A stretch of 51,633 bases of DNA. Source: a virus. Its lineage: Duplodnaviria; Caudoviricetes. Both the position numbers and the translations under genes were made by a program. Positions 1 through 6,202 of this stretch are shown here, piece by piece. Location: IMG/VR virus record IMGVR_UViG_3300030329_004387, positions 1 to 51,633 of that record; one strand, 5' to 3'. The notes under the pieces were generated by a model, which was given only the letters and a program-made list of their open reading frames with translations, searched no databases and was not told where the DNA came from. The stretch's first letter is position 1. Each line of letters begins with the position of its first letter.

Positions 1-24
1 CAATAGGATAAGGAGTAGGGATAA

Positions 25-555
25 TAGCTTGAGTGTGAGAGCAAGAGCGTATTCCAGTATTATGGTTAATCCTTTAGTAATAAAGGGCGACACCAGAAAT
101 ACCATATTATTATGATATCTCAGTCATAGTTTATAGTATTAAGCGAAGTATTTACTATCTTAATAGGATAGCAAGCTACATTTACCGTTTGTCAACTAAA
201 ATAAGATAAACTAAAGATAGTTAAATCTATTTGAAAAACAGCAATGACGATTAGAAGCAAAAGGTTCTAGTACTTAAATCTCTTGAAATACCAGAGAGCA
301 TATATGACCTCAAGTTTTATATGTGTTGTAGCCAAAGTACTTATTGGGGAGGCATCTTCAATAAGCTATGAGTAACTGCTGAGATAATCTAATCGATAAG
401 AGTGGTGATCTATAATCACTGAACCTGCTAGGATACTATTCGCAAGAGTAGTGGATAAGGACAAAACCTACCATTTGAGCATAGAGAATGCTAACGTGTG
501 GGAACATAGTCCGAAAGTCTTAGTATCCGATAGTCTAATCTCAACTATCGAAGGA
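25..555 (+). ncRNA. Candidate large ornate structured ncRNA (GOLLD/ROOL-like class)
   Basis: ORF-free ~530 nt. GNRA-capped hairpins at 71-86 (GTAA) and 434-453 (GCAA). Long-range helix 116-129 with 366-386. Terminal hairpin 528-550 with loop CTAATCTCA. Confidence 0.7.
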
Positions 556-578
556 TTTTTAATCAATTGGAGAATATT

Positions 579-731
579 ATGGAAATAGTATTTTGGGTAA
601 TGATGGGTATGGGTTTGGTTTTCTTTGGTATAATTATCAAATTATTAGATAAATATGGTACTAAAGTGGACAGATCAATACATCATGATTCAAGACCTGG
701 ATCATATTATGAAATAAGTAATCGTAAATAA
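579..731 (+). CDS. Small membrane protein (50 aa), not in ORF track
   Basis: GGAG SD then ATG; hydrophobic N-terminus MEIVFWVMMGMGLVFFGIIIKLL. Confidence 0.7.
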   Translation: MEIVFWVMMGMGLVFFGIIIKLLDKYGTKVDRSIHHDSRPGSYYEISNRK

Positions 732-740
732 GGAGATAAA

Positions 741-1010
741 ATGGGTTATAATAATAAATTAAAACTAGATACAACAATGTTACAAAGTAATACAGCACAT
801 CATTTAGTGCAATTTATACAGCTACAAAGAGATACCATAAAAAGATTATTAGCACATTATGATGCTAAAAGTGATACTGGCCTTAAAGTTAAAGATATAA
901 ATATTAGAGATCTTGACGATAATTTTGAATATATTGTAAATAAACATTTAGATGCAGTCCATAAAAGAATGGGAACAAATATATTTAATAAAAATGATGA
1001 TGATGAATAA
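741..1010 (+). CDS. Hypothetical early protein
   Basis: TAAGGAG SD; 89-aa ORF. Confidence 0.75.
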   Translation: MGYNNKLKLDTTMLQSNTAHHLVQFIQLQRDTIKRLLAHYDAKSDTGLKVKDINIRDLDDNFEYIVNKHLDAVHKRMGTNIFNKNDDDE

Positions 1011-1030
1011 TTAAGCTATTGACTGGTAGC

Positions 1031-1068
1031 TAGGGAGTTGTTATACAAAGGCCCATTGCAGCTCCCTA
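1031..1068 (+). promoter_or_regulatory. Intergenic stem-loop (processing/stability element)
   Basis: TAGGGAGTTGT 1031-1041 pairs with GCAGCTCCCTA 1058-1068; no U-tract. Confidence 0.55.
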
Positions 1069-1083
1069 AATTTAGGAGGAATT

Positions 1084-1239
1084 ATGGGATATTTAAGTAA
1101 AAGGACATGGGGAAGATCTTTGATTTACTATTGTCCTGTTAATAAGAAAGTATGGCAGTTTAATAAAGATGGAAGTTATAAAATCTATCATGATATGCCT
1201 ACTTATGGATTACCTAGAAAAGTAATGGAGGATAAATGA
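1084..1239 (+). CDS. Hypothetical protein (51 aa), not in ORF track
   Basis: AGGAGG SD; MGYLSKRTWGRSLIYYCPVNKKVWQF...; ATGA overlap with the next gene. Confidence 0.75.
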   Translation: MGYLSKRTWGRSLIYYCPVNKKVWQFNKDGSYKIYHDMPTYGLPRKVMEDK

Positions 1240-1442
1240 AAAAAATATTAAAGTATTTAACAATACCAACAGTATTAATTACAGCAATTATATTTGTTGC
1301 TAAATGTGATGGAACAAAGAAGGCTAGTAATAATATTACAACTTATAAAAGCACTGGATCAAAATATGATGAAGGATCACCTCAAGATTTAATACATAAA
1401 TCACATCCGCTTTTTCCTAAAAATACTGTAGATGATGAATAA
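1236..1442 (+). CDS. Small membrane-anchored/exported protein
   Basis: GGAGG SD; N-terminal hydrophobic segment followed by Cys. Confidence 0.7.
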   Translation: MKKILKYLTIPTVLITAIIFVAKCDGTKKASNNITTYKSTGSKYDEGSPQDLIHKSHPLFPKNTVDDE

Positions 1443-1444
1443 GC

Positions 1445-2010
1445 TTAGTCCAACCAATACTTACGAGCCAATTGAGGCGGTCATGTTATTGGGTAGGGAT
1501 GATGGCCTGGATATTTTCGAGAGCATCTTGGTGGAAGATAGCTAACCATTATATCAATAAGGGCTGGGGGACGACATGGCTGATCACTTAAGACACCTCA
1601 CAAATAACAGATGGATCGCCCCAAAGAATTACCACAATGGATCGTTGTGGCATTAATTATATATGCAGACTGGTTTAACGAGAGGTGAGTGTCGACTATA
1701 GACTCTGTCAGTGGCCTATGGAGTATATATAATAGGATATGTATCAAATAAAAGAAATCATACCTAGCCTCATGGATGGCAATCCGTGGACGAAGTTGTA
1801 AAGTTTTTAGGCGATATAGTAGTAATATAACTATAAAATGAATAATATACATGTGTGGGAATATCCTTCATTACTACACCACACACTAGTTTATATTTGT
1901 AGGTTGTTGCCGTAATAAACCATGGACCCTACATAAGACCTGGCTGGCATACCCTGGGCAGAACACTTCGAGCTCGAGCGGTGCTTATGCAATGTATGCT
2001 GCGCTTTTTA
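1445..2010 (+). ncRNA. Candidate structured ncRNA region (one large or several RNAs)
   Basis: No credible + strand ORF and higher GC than its flanks. Helices 1478-1487/1573-1582, 1565-1569/1619-1623, 1594-1599/1682-1687, 1656-1664/1725-1733, 1771-1777/1782-1788, 1852-1858/1879-1885. Ends in a stem plus T-run. Confidence 0.6.
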
Positions 2011-2031
2011 TAAAATAATGGAGACAAAACC

Positions 2032-2220
2032 ATGAATGATAAATGGGAAGAAGTACCTGATGAGGATTTATGGGAAGATGGTGAATTATCACCTGGAGAA
2101 GTTCAATATAAGATTATTAAAAATGTCTTAGAAACAGGTAATTGGAAGTTAGTAAGAAGACGAGAATGGAATCCTATAGATGCTAAAAAGAAACATAAAC
2201 AAACACCAACAGTATTATAA
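2032..2220 (+). CDS. Hypothetical protein
   Basis: GGAG SD; 62 aa. Confidence 0.7.
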   Translation: MNDKWEEVPDEDLWEDGELSPGEVQYKIIKNVLETGNWKLVRRREWNPIDAKKKHKQTPTVL

Positions 2221-2229
2221 GGAGAAAAG

Positions 2230-2529
2230 ATGACTGAATTAAATGGTAAGAAATATGATTTAATGAACGCAAAAGAAAGAACTGATTATTGGACTGATTT
2301 TGCAGCTGATAAATTAGTAGGTAAGAAAATAATTAAAGTAGAATATTTTAGTAATGGAGAAGCTGAAGAATGTATGTGGTATTCTAGGCCATTATGCTTT
2401 CAATTAAATGATGGCACATGGGTATATCCTATGAGAGATGATGAAGGCAATGATGGTGGTGCTATGGCATACATTGGTGAAAAAGCTAACGAAACATTTC
2501 CAGTACTAGGAATTGAAAAGGAAGAATAA
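2230..2529 (+). CDS. Conserved-looking phage hypothetical protein (DDEGNDGG motif)
   Basis: TAAGGAG SD; motif PMRDDEGNDGGA recalled from other phage early proteins. Confidence 0.8.
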   Translation: MTELNGKKYDLMNAKERTDYWTDFAADKLVGKKIIKVEYFSNGEAEECMWYSRPLCFQLNDGTWVYPMRDDEGNDGGAMAYIGEKANETFPVLGIEKEE

Positions 2530-2539
2530 GAGGTATCTT

Positions 2540-2827
2540 ATGAAGATGAAAGAAAGAGTACAAGATTTCTTGGATGAGATAGGTTACGATTTAGGTTATA
2601 ATGAAAATTTATTACCTAAAATAGAAGACTTAGTAATTGTAGAAAAATACAATATACCTGTATGGGAATATATGGGTTATAGATCTGAAAAGAGTTTTTA
2701 TACTCGAACTAAACCGAGTGCTCTAGCTATTAAAGAAGTAATAGAAAAATATGGAATGTTAGAACGAGAATATTGGAGTAAAGATGATAAAAGACTTACA
2801 AGATTCGGAAAATATGATGAAGAATGA
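2540..2827 (+). CDS. Hypothetical protein
   Basis: Start moved to ATG 2540 after a GAGG SD. Confidence 0.7.
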   Translation: MKMKERVQDFLDEIGYDLGYNENLLPKIEDLVIVEKYNIPVWEYMGYRSEKSFYTRTKPSALAIKEVIEKYGMLEREYWSKDDKRLTRFGKYDEE

Positions 2828-2969
2828 TTTCGAAGAATTGGAGTGGTATAGCGTGTGCTGTACTGCTCCACCTTTATATGATTTGCATGATAATGGTGAA
2901 TATGAACCTTTAGGGATTTGTATGCACTGTAGAGATAATACAACTTTTGAATTATTAAAGGAGAAATAA
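2814..2969 (+). CDS. Small zinc-ribbon protein
   Basis: SVCCTAP...GICMHCRD; start moved to ATG 2814. Confidence 0.7.
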   Translation: MMKNDFEELEWYSVCCTAPPLYDLHDNGEYEPLGICMHCRDNTTFELLKEK

Positions 2970-3097
2970 TGCCAATGCCCAATCACTGTGTTGAATGCGA
3001 TAAACCTGCTCTAGTAACACATGACGGGGTTCCTTATTGTATTAAACACTGGAGAGAAAAAGAAAAGGAGGTCAGTAATGACAAAGATAATAGATGA
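2969..3097 (+). CDS. Zinc-finger microprotein (42 aa), not in ORF track
   Basis: AAGGAG SD; MPMPNHCVECDKPALVTHDGVPYCIKHW (CxxC...CxxH). Confidence 0.65.
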   Translation: MPMPNHCVECDKPALVTHDGVPYCIKHWREKEKEVSNDKDNR

Positions 3098-3353
3098 AAT
3101 AAGAACTAGAATTTCAGATTTAGATAGTATTGATGATTTAAATATTATAAGAGATATTATTTCAAATCAAAGAAAATATCTAGCTCAGAAAAATGCTTTT
3201 GGTTTAATAAAAGGCGACAAAGTTAGAATAGTAGGTTCTGGTAAAATTGATGAAGGCTTTATAGAGAAAATTAATAGAACTAGAGCTGTAGTTATGGTAG
3301 GAGATGTAGGTTGGAATGTTCCTTTTGAAATGATAAGGAAAGTTAATGAATGA
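3078..3353 (+). CDS. Hypothetical protein with KOW/SH3-like C-terminal barrel
   Basis: AGGAGG SD before ATG 3078; LIKGDKVRIVGSG...GFIEKINRTRAVV. Confidence 0.7.
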   Translation: MTKIIDEIRTRISDLDSIDDLNIIRDIISNQRKYLAQKNAFGLIKGDKVRIVGSGKIDEGFIEKINRTRAVVMVGDVGWNVPFEMIRKVNE

Positions 3354-3409
3354 GGAATATTGGTTAGATAAAGTAGATGTATGGATAGAAAATCAAATTA
3401 AAGGAGATT

Positions 3410-4036
3410 ATGATGACGGAAGAAAATCAAAAATCAGTGGAAAAATCGTCAGAACCCGCAATTGGGTCACAAGAATGGGTAAAAGATTGGATGCACAGAA
3501 GAAAAGTGCACAGAATGAGCAAAGCACAGTCACTAAAAGACTTAGCAGCATATCTAAAAGATCTCGGATATAAATATATAAGAGTATGGTATGAAGGAGC
3601 TGGTGATAGTGGTGAATGTTTTGAAGCAGAAGGTTGGAAAAAAGAAATAAATCTTGAAAAGAAAGATCATAGAGGTTGTTGGCCCGATGTATATGAATCT
3701 AAACCTTGGAATCATAATAAAGAAGAAGATTTTGATGAATGGAAAGGTATGACTAGAAATCAAAAAGATCTAGAAGAATCTTATGAACTATTTAGAAAGA
3801 ATCATCCAGATCAAAATCTTCAATCTGAATTACATTATGAACTTGTAGAACTTGTAGATTATGATTGGTATAACAATGAAGGTGGACAAGGTGAAGTAGT
3901 ATGGGATCTAGAGAAAGAAGAATTCCGTGTAGATGGACAACAAAATAGATATGCAGCTGTAGATGTAAAAGAAACATACTTTATGGATGGTAAAAATCCT
4001 GAAGTTTGGCATGGTGATGAGGTTTATGAAAGATGA
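3410..4036 (+). CDS. DUF6878-like protein
   Basis: Motifs YEGAGDSG and DWYNNEGGQG; AAGGAG SD. Confidence 0.7.
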   Translation: MMTEENQKSVEKSSEPAIGSQEWVKDWMHRRKVHRMSKAQSLKDLAAYLKDLGYKYIRVWYEGAGDSGECFEAEGWKKEINLEKKDHRGCWPDVYESKPWNHNKEEDFDEWKGMTRNQKDLEESYELFRKNHPDQNLQSELHYELVELVDYDWYNNEGGQGEVVWDLEKEEFRVDGQQNRYAAVDVKETYFMDGKNPEVWHGDEVYER

Positions 4037-4380
4037 AAGCCTTTAATCATTGTAAATCAAGTGTAAAATACTTTGGTGGTAAAGAAATGGATTATCATCA
4101 AATACATGCATGGTTTGATAAAAGTAAGGATCATTATGGCGATATTAGACATCGTGCTTTAAGACATCATACACAAGGTATAGCAGAATGTCAATTATGG
4201 TTTGGAATAACAATAAAGAACTCTGATGGTAAAGATATACCAGTACGTTCTATAGCAGAACAACATATAAGAGAGGATCTAGGCTTTATTCCTACAGTTC
4301 AAGATTGGCTTAAAGAGATCAAACCAAAACCTTGGATGGCAAGTACTAAGAAGAATACTAAGAAGATGAATCTAATGTAA
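4033..4380 (+). CDS. DUF6915-like His-rich protein
   Basis: H..SS...FGG...DY..IH.WFD.SK....D.RHRALRHH..GI and VR.IAEQH..EDLG..P...DW pattern. Confidence 0.75.
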   Translation: MKAFNHCKSSVKYFGGKEMDYHQIHAWFDKSKDHYGDIRHRALRHHTQGIAECQLWFGITIKNSDGKDIPVRSIAEQHIREDLGFIPTVQDWLKEIKPKPWMASTKKNTKKMNLM

Positions 4381-4385
4381 AATTA

Positions 4386-4682
4386 AGGGAACAATGTAGC
4401 GTGGATATCCTGACATCTAACTAAAAGCAACGTGTTGGACTTGTTCCCTAATAAATTACAAGTATGTAACTAGTTTAGTAGCAGTCCTGAGAAGTTACAC
4501 TAAGTTTATTCCAGGAACTTTATATAAGCGTGCAATAAGACCATTAGCGTAAGCTTCGGCAGTACTATTATAAAGCACTACTATTAAACGAAAAAAAAGC
4601 TTGTATAAATTTAGGGAGGCAGTGCGTAACCTGCAGGTAGACGAATGATCATAAGCTTCGCATCATTTACTGTCTCCTTAAA
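4386..4682 (+). ncRNA. Three tandem closed-stem structured RNA cassettes
   Basis: Closing stems 4386-4394/4441-4449, 4457-4463/4599-4605 and 4610-4623/4669-4682, joined by short AT linkers. Confidence 0.6.
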
Positions 4683-4686
4683 TAAC

Positions 4687-4715
4687 TTGGAAAGTTTGTC
4701 CGCTTTTAGTAAATT
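4687..4715 (+). promoter_or_regulatory. Sigma70-like promoter for the replication operon
   Basis: TTGGAA-N17-TAAATT upstream of the ERF gene. Confidence 0.5.
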
Positions 4716-4741
4716 ATAACCCCCATTAGAAGGAGAAATCA

Positions 4742-5206
4742 GTGGAAGAAAAGAATGAAATCAAAGGGATAGCTATCCCTAAAGCAGTATTTAGTGAACG
4801 AAGACAAGAAATATGGAAATCAAATCAATTAGATAAATTAGGAGAAGCATTAGCTAAAGCACAAGGTGAAATGAAAGGTGCTAAAAAAAGCAGTGTTAAT
4901 CCATTCTTTAAATCTAATTATGCTGATCTACATACAGTAATAGAGTCTTCATTCCCATTTCTAAGTAAATATGGATTATCTGTAATACAAGGAAATGATA
5001 GTGATGAAAAATCATTTTATGTAACTACTATGTTGTTGCATAATTCTGGTCAATGGATTAAATCAAAATTGAAAATGCCAATAACTAAAGCAGATGCACA
5101 AGGAGTAGGAGCTACTATTACTTATGCTAGAAGGTTTGCTTTATCTGCAATGGTAGGTATTGCTCAATATGATGATGATGGTGAATCGATAACTAATCAT
5201 AAATAA
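4742..5206 (+). CDS. erf: ERF-family ssDNA annealing protein
   Basis: ALAKAQ...NPFFKSNYADL; H.SGQWI; QGVGATITYARRFALSAMVGI...DDDG. GTG start with AAGGAG SD. Confidence 0.9.
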   Translation: MEEKNEIKGIAIPKAVFSERRQEIWKSNQLDKLGEALAKAQGEMKGAKKSSVNPFFKSNYADLHTVIESSFPFLSKYGLSVIQGNDSDEKSFYVTTMLLHNSGQWIKSKLKMPITKADAQGVGATITYARRFALSAMVGIAQYDDDGESITNHK

Positions 5207-5215
5207 GGAGAATGT

Positions 5216-5773
5216 ATGGCAATTAAAACAATGTCAGCTTCCACAGGAGGAAGTAAATTCGAAGAAGGATGGCATCAAGTTAATATAACTAAAGCAGAAT
5301 ATGGAAAGTATGAAGGAGATGTTCCTGGTACTGACAAAAACTATTTAGATATATGGTTTGAAGATTATCCTGATAATATGAATCTTCGTGTATATGAAGT
5401 ATTCAACAAAACAACTAATGAAGAGTTCAAAGTTGCTAACATATTCAAATATGCCAATGCTGGTATAGTTGGTGTGTTAAAAGATCCAAATGGTAAGCAT
5501 CCATTAATTCAATTTGATGATGAGCCTAAAGGTTTAATAGGTAAAACTATAAATATCTATATATATAAAGAGAATAAAACAGGTAATAATTATTCTCGTA
5601 TATTTGATAATATAGCACCTATTGTACAAGAAGGTGAACATTTATCATTTAAAGCTACAGATGTAGATTCAATTAAATCTGGAGTTGAGAAAAGAGTAAA
5701 AGGAATGTTAGAGAAAACAGCAGCTACAGCTAATGGAGTTGCTCAATCTGAACCATTTGCTAATCAATTTTAG
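5216..5773 (+). CDS. Probable single-stranded DNA-binding protein (OB-fold, DUF669-like)
   Basis: Follows ERF; FEEGWHQVNITKAE N-terminal motif; aromatic C-terminus. Confidence 0.55.
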   Translation: MAIKTMSASTGGSKFEEGWHQVNITKAEYGKYEGDVPGTDKNYLDIWFEDYPDNMNLRVYEVFNKTTNEEFKVANIFKYANAGIVGVLKDPNGKHPLIQFDDEPKGLIGKTINIYIYKENKTGNNYSRIFDNIAPIVQEGEHLSFKATDVDSIKSGVEKRVKGMLEKTAATANGVAQSEPFANQF

Positions 5774-5885
5774 GATGACCTGGATTAGTCGGGTTTACTA
5801 ATATCCTAAATATTCTGTTGGGAATCAGTAGCGAAATGCGGGTAGGACAACACGGGTGTCGTGTCGGAATAATTAGGTAAACTTA
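5769..5885 (+). promoter_or_regulatory. Structured intergenic leader with alternative pairings
   Basis: Stems 5769-5776/5803-5810, 5777-5783/5789-5795 and 5811-5817/5865-5871; alternative 5791-5802/5872-5884. Confidence 0.45.
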
Positions 5886-5896
5886 AAGGAGAGAAA

Positions 5897-6193
5897 ATGA
5901 CAGTAAGAGAACATATTACAAGAGAGTTAGAAAACTTAGAAAACTCACCAATAAATACATTCAGAACATCAGATATACAAGAATTATCATTTGAAGGAAA
6001 GATGGAATTTGGTAAGTATTTAGGCAGTCCTGGAACATATACTAGAGAGTTTAGAAGAATGAGAACTGATGGTATATTAGTAGTAGATAAACTTAATAGA
6101 AAAGAAAGACAACAAGTTTGGAGACTGATAAATGTTGGAAAAATAGAAGATCATTTAGATGATCATATTGATTATTCAGATTTACCATTTTAA
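5897..6193 (+). CDS. Hypothetical protein, possible winged helix, acidic DLPF tail
   Basis: AAGGAG SD; SPGTYTREFRRMR helix; C-terminal DYSDLPF. Confidence 0.7.
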   Translation: MTVREHITRELENLENSPINTFRTSDIQELSFEGKMEFGKYLGSPGTYTREFRRMRTDGILVVDKLNRKERQQVWRLINVGKIEDHLDDHIDYSDLPF

Positions 6194-6202
6194 GGAGATA
6201 AT

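Noticed and set aside
259-292. PreQ1-I riboswitch (AGGTTCTAG)
   Set aside because: No proper P1 stem or 3-prime A-rich tail, and no downstream gene; it lies inside the large RNA.
1598-1852. 84-aa minus-strand ORF
   Set aside because: Antisense to the early arm, no SD, overlaps a structured region.
3346-3573. 75-aa ORF
   Set aside because: Mostly overlaps the DUF6878-like gene out of frame; its first ~20 codons could be real but support is insufficient.
4487-4594. Hammerhead ribozyme (CTGAGAA ... CGAAA)
   Set aside because: Core needs CTGANGA; G8 is missing and the three stems do not assemble. CTGAATGA at 7979 fails likewise.
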